Assembly: GCA_963749155.1 (NCBI GenBank)
Contig: CAVVLO010000001.1
Span: forward strand, 416,001-480,000
Origin: an uncultured Armatimonadia bacterium
GTDB taxonomy: Bacteria; Armatimonadota; Zipacnadia; CAVVLO01
Direction: 5' to 3'
Length of the DNA: 64,000 bases
In this document: one piece after another, positions 43,602 through 53,493 of the stretch
Position numbering within the stretch: position 1 is the first letter of the stretch
How the letters are laid out: the number at the start of each line of letters is the position of its first letter
The notes under the pieces: model-generated
Told to the model about the DNA's origin: nothing
The model's database searches: none
Seen by the model: the letters and a program-made list of their open reading frames with translations, nothing else
Translations under genes and position numbers: made by a program

Positions 43602-45508
43602 TGGCACTGGAGAAGCTGCTCGAGCAGGCAGCCCATACCGAACTCCTGCGTTTTACTACGGCGGGCAGCGTTGATGATGGCAAATCTACCCTCATCGGGC
43701 GTCTGCTGCACGATTCAAAAAACCTTTACGAAGACCATCTGTCCGCGCTTGGCAAGGATTCGCGCTCGGCTGGCCGGGAAGAACTGGACTTCGCGCTTCT
43801 CACCGACGGGCTCAAGGCCGAGCGAGAGCAGGGCATCACGATTGATGTGGCCTACCGGCACTTCGCCACTCCCAGGCGTCGCTTTATCATCGCTGATACC
43901 CCCGGGCATGAGCAATACACGCGCAATATGGTCACGGGCGCTTCCACGGCCAACCTCGCGATTGTTTTGATTGACGCGCGTCACGGGGTGCTTACCCAGT
44001 CCAGGCGCCACGGCTTTATCGCCTCCTTGCTGGGGATCCCCCATCTTGTCGTCGCCATCAACAAAATGGATTTGGTGGATTACTCAGAGGCGACTTTCGA
44101 TGCCATCCGCCAGGAATATCGCGAGTTCTGCGCCAAGCTGCCCATCAGAGATCTGCAATTTATCCCGATGAGCGCTGTCTACGGCGACAATGTCGTCGAA
44201 CGCAGCGAGCGTATGCCCTGGTACAACGGCGCGCCCCTGCTAACGTATCTGGAGACAGTCCACATAGCAAGCGACCAGAACCTGGTGGATTTCCGCTTTC
44301 CTGTTCAATATGTGCTGCGTCCGAAGGCGGATTTTCGAGGTTATTCGGGGACCCTTGCCTCTGGTGTTGTGCGCCTGGGCGAGGAAGTTATGGCTCTGCC
44401 TTCGCGCAAAGTGGCTCGTATCACGCGCATACTGGCCGGCGATGAAGAGGTCGAATACGCCTTCCCTCCGCAGGCCGTCACACTTTGTCTCGATGAAGAG
44501 ATTGATATCAGCCGCGGAGATATGCTGGCACGACCTGCCAACCTGCCCTGGAAGGCCCAGGAGCTCGAAGCCTTGCTTATCTGGATGGATACCGAGCCAA
44601 TGCGCCCTGGCCGTGGCTATGTAATAAAGCACACCACCCGGATGGTGCGCGGGCAGATTTCCAGGCTTGAATACAAGATAGACCCCAACACCTTGCATCG
44701 GCAGCCGGCCGACCAGCTTGAACTAAACGACATTGGCCGCGTCAACCTCGAACTGCTTGGGCCTGTCCTCTGCGATGAATACGCGCGCAACCGCAGCACC
44801 GGCAGTTTCATCGTTATCGATCCCGAGACCAACTTCACTGTCGCGGCAGGGCTTATCATCGACCGCCTGCACAAAATGAGCGCTACCGGTGAGGCGCCTG
44901 CAAGCCAGCTCAACCTTACGCGCCATTACGGGCATGTCTCAAAGGAACAACGCGAAAGACTGTTTGGTCACCGGCCCGTTACACTGTGGCTTACAGGGCT
45001 TAGCGGAGCGGGCAAGTCAACGCTTGCTTACGCGCTCGAGCAGCGCCTTACCGAAGCTGGCCACGCTTGTTTTGTGCTCGATGGGGATAATGTCAGACAC
45101 GGGTTGAATCGCGACCTGGGCTTCTCTCCGGAGGATCGCAGCGAAAACATCAGGCGTATCGCCGAGGTCGCCAAACTCCTAAACGAGGCGGGCCTGCTGG
45201 TCATCACCGCCTTCATCTCTCCCTATCGCGAAGATCGTCAGGGCGCGCGGGAGATAATCGGCGAGGAGCGTTTCCTTGAAGTATTTGTAGATGCTTCACT
45301 TGCCACTTGCGAGCAGCGCGATACCAAAGGCCTTTACGCCAAGGCGCGCGCGGGGGAGTTGGCCGAATTCACTGGCATCTCTTCCCCTTACGAGCCGCCA
45401 GCCAGTCCCGATATCCATCTCGAGACCGACCGGCAGTCCTCGGAAGAGTGCCTTGACGCGGTATTTGTATATCTCCAGCAGGCCGAAATATTCGAGCAAG
45501 GCAACTAG
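43601..45508 (+). CDS. cysNC: Bifunctional sulfate adenylyltransferase subunit 1 / APS kinase
   Basis: [19 protein letters not shown]-terminal [10 protein letters not shown] and LDGDNVR. Confidence 0.95.
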   Translation: MALEKLLEQAAHTELLRFTTAGSVDDGKSTLIGRLLHDSKNLYEDHLSALGKDSRSAGREELDFALLTDGLKAEREQGITIDVAYRHFATPRRRFIIADTPGHEQYTRNMVTGASTANLAIVLIDARHGVLTQSRRHGFIASLLGIPHLVVAINKMDLVDYSEATFDAIRQEYREFCAKLPIRDLQFIPMSAVYGDNVVERSERMPWYNGAPLLTYLETVHIASDQNLVDFRFPVQYVLRPKADFRGYSGTLASGVVRLGEEVMALPSRKVARITRILAGDEEVEYAFPPQAVTLCLDEEIDISRGDMLARPANLPWKAQELEALLIWMDTEPMRPGRGYVIKHTTRMVRGQISRLEYKIDPNTLHRQPADQLELNDIGRVNLELLGPVLCDEYARNRSTGSFIVIDPETNFTVAAGLIIDRLHKMSATGEAPASQLNLTRHYGHVSKEQRERLFGHRPVTLWLTGLSGAGKSTLAYALEQRLTEAGHACFVLDGDNVRHGLNRDLGFSPEDRSENIRRIAEVAKLLNEAGLLVITAFISPYREDRQGAREIIGEERFLEVFVDASLATCEQRDTKGLYAKARAGELAEFTGISSPYEPPASPDIHLETDRQSSEECLDAVFVYLQQAEIFEQGN

Positions 45509-46227
45509 TCGTAGCCCAGCTCGCGCATATCCGCTTGCAGGAAGTCGAAATCGCGGTGGTTTACGTCTTTTTGCCAGCGCCCAACCGCTTCTGGCCTTAC
45601 TTCAATCCTGGCCAGGGGTATGCCCAGGAAAGCTTCAAGCCTCTCAAGAGTCTTTTCCTGTTCCAGCACAAAATCCTCGAAGCGCACATCAATCGTATAC
45701 TTCGGCTGAGGGGTGGCCTTAACGATCTCGCGCTGATATTTCCAGCTCATCGCGCGATTGCGCAGCACGTCATCGGTCTTGTCATACGGCACGCCGAAGT
45801 CGGCCAGATCATCCGTCATATGAGCGCCCAGGATGGAATCTCTGGGGTCGCGAGTCCAATGGATGTAGCGGATCTCCGGAAACATCCTGCTTATCCACGG
45901 GTAGATGAGCGTGGTCTCCGGCAGCTTCCAGCCCTTGTTTTCGGCCTCACTGCCCAGCACAGAGGCCAGATATGACTCCACCAGGCGAGTGAATTCCGGA
46001 TCTAGCGGCGCGGCAAGCAGCTCGGAGAAATCCCAATTGACACCGCCCAGATGCTTCACGTGGCGAGCCATAACCCGGCAGGCTTCATACAGGTCGTCAG
46101 GGGGGACCAGGTCACTCGACTTGTTAAGCTGAGCGCCCATATAGACGCCGCTCTCCACAAGCGTGTGGGAGATAGCTCGGGTGCCTCCGTGGCCCCTGCC
46201 AATAATTGTAATCATCATTTGAAGCAT
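45505..46227 (-). CDS. Sulfotransferase-family protein
   Basis: [25 protein letters not shown] (3'-PB-like), VRFEDF. Confidence 0.7.
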   Translation of the reverse strand: MLQMMITIIGRGHGGTRAISHTLVESGVYMGAQLNKSSDLVPPDDLYEACRVMARHVKHLGGVNWDFSELLAAPLDPEFTRLVESYLASVLGSEAENKGWKLPETTLIYPWISRMFPEIRYIHWTRDPRDSILGAHMTDDLADFGVPYDKTDDVLRNRAMSWKYQREIVKATPQPKYTIDVRFEDFVLEQEKTLERLEAFLGIPLARIEVRPEAVGRWQKDVNHRDFDFLQADMRELGYD

Positions 46228-46416
46228 CGCCTCGATATGCTAATTTTACCTTGTCACTCGCGGCGCTATTATGGACCCGCCCTTTGGCGAAGTAAAGCCC
46301 CTTTAAGGCTTTGTTCAAGGTACAGGACTAGGCTGAGCTACCTGCGAGGCGCGCCTGGTAAATCCGGGAGATTACAAGCCTGGCCAGTAGCAGTCTGTCC
46401 AGGAACCGCTTGACTA

Positions 46417-46822
46417 CTATTCCTTGCCGGAGCCTTCGCTTCCAGCATTTGGCTTGTGCTTGCCCTGTTCTGCCAGTTCAACGATCCGGGATTCCACTAA
46501 CTTGCGAACAAGCCCTGCCCGGCAGGGGCTTGTCAGGCTGGAATCGGATAGTACCTTTGCTGGTATCGAAGTCTTTGAGGTCAGTCTGGTGGGTTGCTAC
46601 GGTGGAAGCGCTCATTGGGTAGAGCGCGCAATGGTGCCTGGCCGCCCCGAAAAGGACCAGCAGCTTTCCGTTAAGCCTGAAGGCTGGCATCCCATAACCC
46701 AGGCCCTCGACAGCTTCCGGCGCTGCGGCCTTGATCCTTTGCCGAAGCTGTTCGAGCGCGCCTCGTTGGTCCTCGGGTAACGCCGCGAGATACTCCTCGA
46801 TGCTCGTGAACTTGCCTTTCAT
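46417..46822 (-). CDS. DUF1801/YdhG-like protein; frameshift at ~46520
   Basis: IEEYLA, YGMPAF, SKGTIRFQPDKPLP; alternative frame continues AGLVRKLVESRI. Confidence 0.8.
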
Positions 46823-47182
46823 ACTCGTCCTCCAGTTGGCCCCACTACCTTACAGGTCCACCTGGCTGTTTTTATGCCTTGTTTGGCCGATTCCACTTCA
46901 AGGAGTGATCTGGGGGATGGGCTTGTTCCTATTTCGCTTTGCTGGCCGAAGCTCAGCCTGTTTCCCCGGAGAAAGAGGCCTTGCCCTCCGTAGCCTGGCG
47001 ACGCAGTCGCCAAAGGCGAAGGGGGGTTGCCATGGGACTTCGCCAAGGCTACGTCCCACACTGGCCGAAGCTCAGCGAAGATACTCTACCGATTAGCTGG
47101 CTTTCCCCCCAAAGCTTTCCACGAAGATACTCTACCGATTAGCTGGCCTGCCAGCCGAAGCTCGCCATCGGCGAGCGAAGGC

Positions 47183-47532
47183 TGGTGGAGGCGGCGGGAA
47201 TTGAACCCGCGTCCGAAAAGCAGTGCTACAGCCACATCTACGAGCGTAGTCCGCCTTTAGGTCTCGCCTGGCTCACCCAGCGGACGCGGTTTACCTGGCC
47301 AGCCCGGTTAAAGTCTCGGTCAACCGTTCGGGCCGCCAGTTGACCAACAAGCCACAGTTTTGTGACGGTTCCCCTCGCCCCCCGTGGCCGGGGCGGGTTC
47401 ACCGGCTGCTAGTTAAGCAGCGATAGCCAGATTGTCGTTGGCTTTTTTAGCTTTGCCACACTTAACGGGCGTCGTGGCCGTCCCGGCTCGCAGCAACTGT
47501 CACTTGGCAATCCGTCGAAGCCGATCGCCCCC
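47183..47532 (-). ncRNA. ssrA: tmRNA; tag peptide ANDNLAIAA* at 47442-47413
   Basis: 5' GGGGGCGATCGGCTTCGAC; 3' GACGCGGGTTCAATTCCCGCCGCCTCCACCA; tag ends in AA. Confidence 0.97.
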
Positions 47533-47554
47533 ACTTGCTGTTACTTCAACACTT

Positions 47555-47563
47555 ATGATAGCA
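47555..47563 (-). promoter_or_regulatory. Extended -10 element for ssrA
   Basis: TGcTATCAT ~23 nt upstream of the mature 5' end. Confidence 0.5.
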
Positions 47564-47605
47564 CATCTGTTCCGCTTTTGGATGGCCTTCTTGCGGTGAA
47601 CCCGC

Positions 47606-47758
47606 CTACACTTGCCCGCTCCAGCCTGCCCGAATCAGCATCACATCGAACTGCCACCAGGGCAGCTCATCCAGCCTTGGATCAAAGGGCCCCAGAAACC
47701 CATAAGCCCGCGCGACCAGCTCGCGCGCCCCAAGCTCTGGAGCCCTCATCAGTTTCCC
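47606..47758 (-). CDS. -1 frame extension (gpT-like) of the upstream ORF, or a 47-aa coupled ORF from ATG 47749
   Basis: Open -1 frame from G GGA AAC: LMRAPELGARELVARAYGFLGPFDPRLDELPWWQFDVMLIRAGWSGQV*. Confidence 0.55.
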   Translation of the reverse strand, partial: GKLMRAPELGARELVARAYGFLGPFDPRLDELPWWQFDVMLIRAGWSGQV

Positions 47759-48420
47759 AGTTCAGCCTCGTTCCTCGGCTCCATCTCCTGATAAGCCTCA
47801 AGCAGCTTGTAGAACACCTCGGGCGCCAGTCCCCGCACTTCTTCGATCTCGGTAAAATACCGCGCGTCCTTCCCTGGCTCGAAGGTCGCCCGCAGCACTA
47901 CCTCGTACTCCCACTCTTCAACGAAAGCCAGTTTGGCCAGCTCGAGGCGACGCGCTTCCACTAGTCGCGCGTCCAGTTCGCCCTCTTCCAGCCTCACCAG
48001 TTCTTCCTCCAGCGCCTCTCTTACCGCCTGCCCATACTGCGCGCGCTTCTCGGCGACTGTTTTGAGTCTCTCCTCGTACCCCTTCTCGGCTTCTTCAAGC
48101 TCTGCTTCGCTTGCGCAGAAGCCCTTCGCTGGATCCCCCAGGGCAGGTTTCGAGGGGGTGGGGAAGCGATGTGACGCTTCCTCCTCGATCACCGGCATCT
48201 GCGCGGCCACGAGATAGCCTGCCTTCTTCTCCGACCGCCACGCAAGCGCCAGATCGTCCCTTGCTTCTTCCAGCCGCGCATCGGCTCGCTCCAGCGCGCT
48301 TCTCAAGGCCGCCTCTCGAGCGGCAACCCCGAGGGTGCGCAATTCTACTGCCTCCACTCCGCCAGCCCCATCCTCAAGTTCCAGCACCTGCTTCGTCCTG
48401 TAGAACTCGCTCAGCCGCAT
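47749..48420 (-). CDS. Putative phage tail assembly chaperone-like protein
   Basis: Acidic helical 223-aa ORF, VELRTL near the N-terminus, ends LGN* on slippery heptamer GGGAAAC. Confidence 0.5.
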   Translation of the reverse strand: MRLSEFYRTKQVLELEDGAGGVEAVELRTLGVAAREAALRSALERADARLEEARDDLALAWRSEKKAGYLVAAQMPVIEEEASHRFPTPSKPALGDPAKGFCASEAELEEAEKGYEERLKTVAEKRAQYGQAVREALEEELVRLEEGELDARLVEARRLELAKLAFVEEWEYEVVLRATFEPGKDARYFTEIEEVRGLAPEVFYKLLEAYQEMEPRNEAELGN

Positions 48421-48444
48421 CGTTTGCCCCTTTCTGCTTCAGCG

Positions 48445-49485
48445 CTACCTTACCGCTGTCGAGATCGTCGACTTTGCGAACGCCATATCGTTCGCCAGTT
48501 CTCTTCCAATCGCCGCGCCTGCATCCCTCGCCACCTTGCCCAGGTTGCCCGAGTAGTCCTGCAGGTTCACGATTACCGTCGGACTCGCTTTGGTGCTGCT
48601 TGCGCTTGTCCCCCCCGACATCGACAGGTTGTACAGGTACGGCGCGCTGTCCCACGTCTGGGGCGCGTTGTAAGCCTTCCCAACCTGTGACTTCGGTTTG
48701 CTCGATTTGCTGCCCCCGCCAAACAAGCTGAGCCCCAGCCCGACAACCGCGCCCACCGGCCCGCCAAGCGCGAACCCCTGCAACGCTCCCGACAGGGGCG
48801 ACAGTCCCCCGCTCTGAGCCTGGGTGTACATATCCGCCAGCCCGAACACCTGAGGCCACGTCCGGTCGCCGCCGATCCCGAAACCCGACAGGCTCCCCGC
48901 CTTTGAGAACTGCTGGCTGATCTGCTGGAACCATCCCTGCTGCCCCAGGCTTGCCTGAAGCTGGTTCGCCATCAACGTCCGAGTGCCGAAATACCCCCCT
49001 CGACTGTTGCCGAGGGCCATCGAGGCTAGCGCCTGCCCCAGGTATCTGTCCGCTGCCGTGCTTGCGGAGGCCGGCTTCTTGCCCGCCGCATCCGGCCCCC
49101 CAAGTTCTGGGATGTCTCCCGCCGCTGTTGCCGCCCACTGGCCTGCTCCCCCTGCCTTGCCACTCTGCCCACTTGCCAGGCCAGGCGCAGCTCCTACCGC
49201 ATCTGCCTGTGGAACACGCCACAGGTCCTTGCCTCCGCTCCCGATGCCGCCACCGCCGCTACTAGCGGCCACCTTCCGCAGCGCCTCCGCGAGCAAGCCT
49301 TCCAGCGAGCCTGTGCTCCGCTGCCAGCTCCCAGGCGATTCTGTGCCCACACCATTTTGCGCCAGCCGCTGGTTTGTCCGCCTCAGTTCCTCCGCAAGCC
49401 GACCGAAAGCCCCCTCGTTCAAGCTTCGCACGCTCTCGGTTAACTCGCCCACCTTTCTCGCTACCTGGTCCTCGCTGCCTGCCAT
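48445..49485 (-). CDS. Gly/Ala/Ser-rich protein resembling a short tail tape-measure C-terminus
   Basis: GGAGG RBS before ATG 49485; N-terminal coiled coil; GALQGFALGGPVGAVVGLGLSLFGG; PTVIVNL. Confidence 0.45.
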   Translation of the reverse strand: MAGSEDQVARKVGELTESVRSLNEGAFGRLAEELRRTNQRLAQNGVGTESPGSWQRSTGSLEGLLAEALRKVAASSGGGGIGSGGKDLWRVPQADAVGAAPGLASGQSGKAGGAGQWAATAAGDIPELGGPDAAGKKPASASTAADRYLGQALASMALGNSRGGYFGTRTLMANQLQASLGQQGWFQQISQQFSKAGSLSGFGIGGDRTWPQVFGLADMYTQAQSGGLSPLSGALQGFALGGPVGAVVGLGLSLFGGGSKSSKPKSQVGKAYNAPQTWDSAPYLYNLSMSGGTSASSTKASPTVIVNLQDYSGNLGKVARDAGAAIGRELANDMAFAKSTISTAVR

Positions 49486-49553
49486 CTTGTCCTGCCTCCG
49501 TTCTTGCGTCTGCCTACACCCTCTTCCCAGCCGCCGCGCCAGTTCTTCACGGA

Positions 49554-49572
49554 TTGTCATATATAATGACAA
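49554..49572. promoter_or_regulatory. 7-5-7 inverted repeat, candidate operator
   Basis: TTGTCAT-ATATA-ATGACAA in an AT-rich divergent intergenic region. Confidence 0.5.
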
Positions 49573-49768
49573 AGCGCCAGCCTCCAATTGCTCCGTAAGG
49601 CAATCTATGAATCAGCGCAATGTATTTATATTGACCAACGCTTGTCAAAAACATCTTATCCTTCGCCTTTGCTGCCTGTCCCCTCTCCCTTCGGAGATAA
49701 GCCTGACCGGGGTGCAGGGGCAAGCTGCCCCTGCCTGGCTGCACCGTTGCCTCGCCTTTCCGCAGGGG

Positions 49769-49797
49769 TTGAACCTCTCTTGCTTCACTGCTATAAT
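49769..49797 (+). promoter_or_regulatory. Sigma70 promoter for tRNA-Val/thrS
   Basis: TTGAAC-N17-TATAAT with TG extension. Confidence 0.7.
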
Positions 49798-49835
49798 CTC
49801 GGAACTACGTCCCTTGGGAGGCGTACCAGTTGAGT

Positions 49836-49910
<75 letters not shown>

Positions 49911-50051
49911 CTCTACTGCACTAGCTGGCCTGCCACCGGCAGGCAGGCCTGCCCTTTGCAGGCCCGGCTTCCCTCGGCAGGCTGCCTCGTTTGTTGCTCC
50001 TCTTTCGTCCCGGGCGCCCAGTAGGTTCCCTTGCACAGGAGTGTGATTTTC

Positions 50052-51980
50052 TTGTCACCAGTAGTTAAAATTACCTTGCCCGATGGCGCGCAGCTTGAGG
50101 CCCCCCAGGGCGCTACATTGCTCGAAGTCATCGCCCAGATAGGCCCCAGGCTTGCCAAAGCCGCCGTTGCCGCAATCGTAAACGGCCAGCTCCGCGATGT
50201 CCGCGATGCGGTGGAAGAAGACGCCACTCTCGAGGTGCTTACAGCCAAGGATCCCCGTGCCCTCGAGGTGCTCCGTCACAGTGCAAGCCACCTGATGGCC
50301 CAGGCTGTCCGACAGCTCTTCCCTGGCACGAAGGTCGCAATCGGCCCTTCCATCGCCGACGGTTTCTACTACGACTTCGACACCGAGGTCGCCTTCACTG
50401 AAGCTGATCTCGAAGCCATCGAATCGCGTATGAACGAGCTCGCCAAAGCCGATATCCCGCTCGAACGGATGATCCTGCCCGTTGCTGACGCCATCCGGCT
50501 TTTTGAAGAGCTGGAAGAGCCTTATAAAGTCGAGCTGCTTAAAGACCTTGAGGTTGAGACGGTCACGCTCTACAGGCAGGAGTCCTTCCTCGACCTTTGC
50601 CGGGGCCCCCACGTGCAGTCCACAGGTGCCCTTGCGGCCTTCAAATTGCTCTCGGTGGCTGGCGCCTACTGGCGCGGAGACGAGCACAACAAGATGCTTC
50701 AGCGCATCTACGGCACGGCCTTCGGCGATGCTGACGGTCTGGCTAAGCACCTGAATCTGCTTGAGGAAGCCAGGCGCCGCGACCACCGCAAGCTCGGTCA
50801 GGAACTCGGCCTTTTCAGCATCCAGGAAGCCGTTGGGCCTGGCCTCGTCCTGTTCCACCCCAAGGGCGCTCTGCTTCGCAAGCTCATCGAAGATTTCGAG
50901 CGCGATATGCACCTGGCCAACGGCTACGACCTCGTCGTCACGCCCCATATCGCCAGTCAGGACCTCTGGGACACTTCTGGCCACACGAAGTTCTATACCG
51001 ACAATATGTTCTTCCTGAACGTCGAAGATCAGGATTATGTCCTTAAACCGATGAACTGCCCCTTCCACATCCTGATTTACAAGTCGTCCACGCGCAGTTA
51101 TCGCGACCTGCCGATGCGCTATTTCGAGCTGGGTACGGTCTACCGCTACGAGCGCTCCGGCGTGCTGCACGGCCTTTTGCGCGTCAGGGGCTTCACCCAG
51201 GATGACGCCCATCTTTTCTGCACGCCGTTGCAGCTTCAGGCAGAGCTTATCAAGCTCATCGCTTTCGTGAAGAATATCCTCGGCGCCTTCGGTTTTTCCG
51301 AGTATAAGGTCTATCTCAGCACCCAGCCCGAGAAGTCCGTTGGCGCCCAGGACCACTGGGATATGGCCACCGAAGCCCTGCGCCAGGCCCTTGAGGCTAC
51401 CGGCCTTGAGTACCAGGTTGATCCAGGCGAGGGCGTCTTCTACGGCCCCAAGATTGACATCAAACTTGTGGATGCCCTCGGCCGCCAGTGGCAGTGCTCG
51501 ACCCTCCAGGTGGATTTCAATATCCCCGAGCGGTTCGATGCCACCTATATCGGCGAGGATGGCCAGGAGCACCGCACGGTTATGGTCCACCGCGCCTTGC
51601 TTGGCTCTCTGGAGCGTTTCATTGGCTGCCTTATAGAGCATTACGCGGGCGCCTTCCCGATGTGGCTGGCTCCCGTCCAGGCTGTCGTCATACCCATCGC
51701 CGAGCGCCATCACGATTATGCCAAGCAGGTTGTGGCGAAACTGAAAGCCGCCAAGGTCCGAGTGACTCTTGATGCTCGCTCCGAAAGCGTCGGCTACAAG
51801 ATACGCGAGGCCCAGACCCAGAAGTTGCCTTATATGCTTGTGGTTGGCGACCGCGAAGCCGAGGCAGGCCAGGTGGCTGTCCGCCGCCGCGATGGCACCG
51901 ACGAAGGCGCGCTCGATTTGGCAGCTCTTGCTCTTCGCCTGGCCGATGAAGGCAAGGCGCCAGAGTTCACGCTGGACTAA
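50052..51980 (+). CDS. thrS: Threonine--tRNA ligase
   Basis: TGS domain, HSASHLMA, DLCRGPH, KPMNCP, RVRGFTQDDAH, FYGPKID; probable TTG start after AGGAG. Confidence 0.97.
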   Translation: MSPVVKITLPDGAQLEAPQGATLLEVIAQIGPRLAKAAVAAIVNGQLRDVRDAVEEDATLEVLTAKDPRALEVLRHSASHLMAQAVRQLFPGTKVAIGPSIADGFYYDFDTEVAFTEADLEAIESRMNELAKADIPLERMILPVADAIRLFEELEEPYKVELLKDLEVETVTLYRQESFLDLCRGPHVQSTGALAAFKLLSVAGAYWRGDEHNKMLQRIYGTAFGDADGLAKHLNLLEEARRRDHRKLGQELGLFSIQEAVGPGLVLFHPKGALLRKLIEDFERDMHLANGYDLVVTPHIASQDLWDTSGHTKFYTDNMFFLNVEDQDYVLKPMNCPFHILIYKSSTRSYRDLPMRYFELGTVYRYERSGVLHGLLRVRGFTQDDAHLFCTPLQLQAELIKLIAFVKNILGAFGFSEYKVYLSTQPEKSVGAQDHWDMATEALRQALEATGLEYQVDPGEGVFYGPKIDIKLVDALGRQWQCSTLQVDFNIPERFDATYIGEDGQEHRTVMVHRALLGSLERFIGCLIEHYAGAFPMWLAPVQAVVIPIAERHHDYAKQVVAKLKAAKVRVTLDARSESVGYKIREAQTQKLPYMLVVGDREAEAGQVAVRRRDGTDEGALDLAALALRLADEGKAPEFTLD

Positions 51981-52000
51981 CCAGCCCAACCAGAACGCAT

Positions 52001-52066
52001 ATTTCGGGAACTCGTTCCCGAAACCTGAACAACAAGTGGCGTGTTTCGGGAGCTTGCTCCCGAAAC
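52001..52066. repeat. Two REP-C-like hairpins between thrS and infC
   Basis: TTTCGGGAACTCGTTCCCGAAAC and GTGTTTCGGGAGCTTGCTCCCGAAAC. Confidence 0.8.
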
Positions 52067-52126
52067 CTTTTAGTCTGGCTGCCTTCCGAATTGCCTTGAC
52101 TCGCGCCTTTCAGGGCGCCAGGCTAG

Positions 52127-52155
52127 TTGACACCTGCTCTAAGGACCCGTATAAT
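52127..52155 (+). promoter_or_regulatory. Consensus sigma70 promoter of infC-rpmI-rplT
   Basis: TTGACA-N17-TATAAT exact match. Confidence 0.9.
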
Positions 52156-52192
52156 CCGACTTCCGAACCAGGCACGACGGAGGTGCTCTGCA

Positions 52193-52801
52193 ATCGATAG
52201 ACGTTTGCGCGTGAACGAGCGCATCAGGGCCAGAGAAGTGCGCGTAATTGGCCCGGAGGGCGAGCAGCTTGGTGTAATGACCTCGCGCGATGCTCTCCAG
52301 AAAGCCCAGGAAGAATATGAGCTTGACCTGATCGAGGTCGCGCCCAATTCGCAGCCGCCGGTCTGCCGTATTATGGATTACGGCAAGTACAAATACGACC
52401 AGCAGAAGAAAACCAAAGCTGCGGCCAAGACTCAGCATACGACCAAGCTCAAGGGCGTCCAGTTCAAAGCCAATATCGCCGCGCGCGATCTTGAGATCCG
52501 CGTAAAGCGGGCGCGTGACTTCCTGGAAGAGGGCGACAAAGTCAAGTTTACCGGCCTTTTCAGAGGCCGCCAGTTCGCCCATACCGACCTTAGCCGAGAG
52601 CAGATGGATCGCATCATCGAGCTGCTCAAGGATATCGCTATCGTCGAGAAGCCTCCCTCAATGGAAGGCCGCATTATGACGATGGTGCTTGCGCCTATTA
52701 AGACCAAAGAAGCCAAACTAGCCGAGCAGGGCAGTCCCAAACCGGCCCCCTCGGAGCCCGAAGGAGCAACCGAAAGTGGCGAAGGGAACGAAGACTCATA
52801 A
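52193..52801 (+). CDS. infC: Translation initiation factor IF-3 (ATC start)
   Basis: RVNERIRAREVRVIG, PPVCRIMDYGKYKY; GGAGGTG 7 nt before in-frame ATC. Confidence 0.95.
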   Translation: MDRRLRVNERIRAREVRVIGPEGEQLGVMTSRDALQKAQEEYELDLIEVAPNSQPPVCRIMDYGKYKYDQQKKTKAAAKTQHTTKLKGVQFKANIAARDLEIRVKRARDFLEEGDKVKFTGLFRGRQFAHTDLSREQMDRIIELLKDIAIVEKPPSMEGRIMTMVLAPIKTKEAKLAEQGSPKPAPSEPEGATESGEGNEDS

Positions 52802-52985
52802 AGGTATTTCCAAGCGGGTCTGGGTTACAGGCACCGGTAAAGTTATGCATCGTAGCGCCTTCCAGAAGAAACATCATTCTGTGAAGACCAGTTCGCACCT
52901 GCGCCGTATTGGCGGGACGAAAGAACTCGAGGGCGCCGACGCCAGAAACGTCCTCCAGCTGCTTCGCGGCTATAAACCTAGCTAG
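52776..52985 (+). CDS. rpmI: 50S ribosomal protein L35
   Basis: KTHKGISKR..TGTGK; lies between infC and rplT; AAGGAG RBS. Confidence 0.9.
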   Translation: MAKGTKTHKGISKRVWVTGTGKVMHRSAFQKKHHSVKTSSHLRRIGGTKELEGADARNVLQLLRGYKPS

Positions 52986-53021
52986 CTTCAGCGCCTAGCG
53001 CTTGATCGGGAGATTGTCACG

Positions 53022-53375
53022 ATGAAAACTACAAACGCAACAGCTCGCAAGAAGCGTCACGATAAGATTCTAAAGTTCGCCAAAGGCTACCGCGGCGCCA
53101 AGTCGCGTATCCTGAAGCGCGCCAAGGAGCAGGTTCTTCACTCGGGCGTTTACGCCTACCGCGACCGCCGCAACCGCAAGCGCGAATTTCGCAGCTTGTG
53201 GATCACTCGCATCAATGCGGCGACTCGCCAGAGTGGGATGACTTACAGCCAGTTTATGTATGGGCTGTCCAAGGCCAGCGTCGAGCTTGACCGCAAGCAG
53301 CTTGCTTTTATGGCTTACGCCGACGAGCCAGCCTTTGGCCAGCTCGTTGAGGTCGCCAGGGCCGCGCTCGCTTAG
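53022..53375 (+). CDS. rplT: 50S ribosomal protein L20
   Basis: [30 protein letters not shown]. Confidence 0.97.
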   Translation: MKTTNATARKKRHDKILKFAKGYRGAKSRILKRAKEQVLHSGVYAYRDRRNRKREFRSLWITRINAATRQSGMTYSQFMYGLSKASVELDRKQLAFMAYADEPAFGQLVEVARAALA

Positions 53376-53395
53376 TTTCTCTCCAGTGCTTCTTG

Positions 53396-53431
53396 CGCGA
53401 GCTGCCCTTTCGGGTGGCTCGCGTTCTTTTT
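53396..53431 (+). terminator. Intrinsic terminator after rplT
   Basis: CGCGAGCTGCCC-TTTC-GGGTGGCTCGCG followed by TTCTTTTT. Confidence 0.8.
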
Positions 53432-53458
53432 GACTACCCGCTTTGGGGATGTTACAAT
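53430..53458 (+). promoter_or_regulatory. Sigma70 promoter of pheST
   Basis: TTGACT-N17-TACAAT with TG extension. Confidence 0.75.
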
Positions 53459-53493
53459 CCTCAAGCGGTCGCAAGGCCGTATAACCAAATATC

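Noticed and set aside
46400..47215. Integrated island at the ssrA 3' end
   Set aside because: No integrase seen, and I found no second copy of the tmRNA 3' end (att site) in the window by eye
50055..51989. 644-aa antisense ORF to thrS and similar long shadow ORFs (54903-56285, 57260-58564, 61341-62621)
   Set aside because: Antisense to conserved genes; expected in high-GC codon usage
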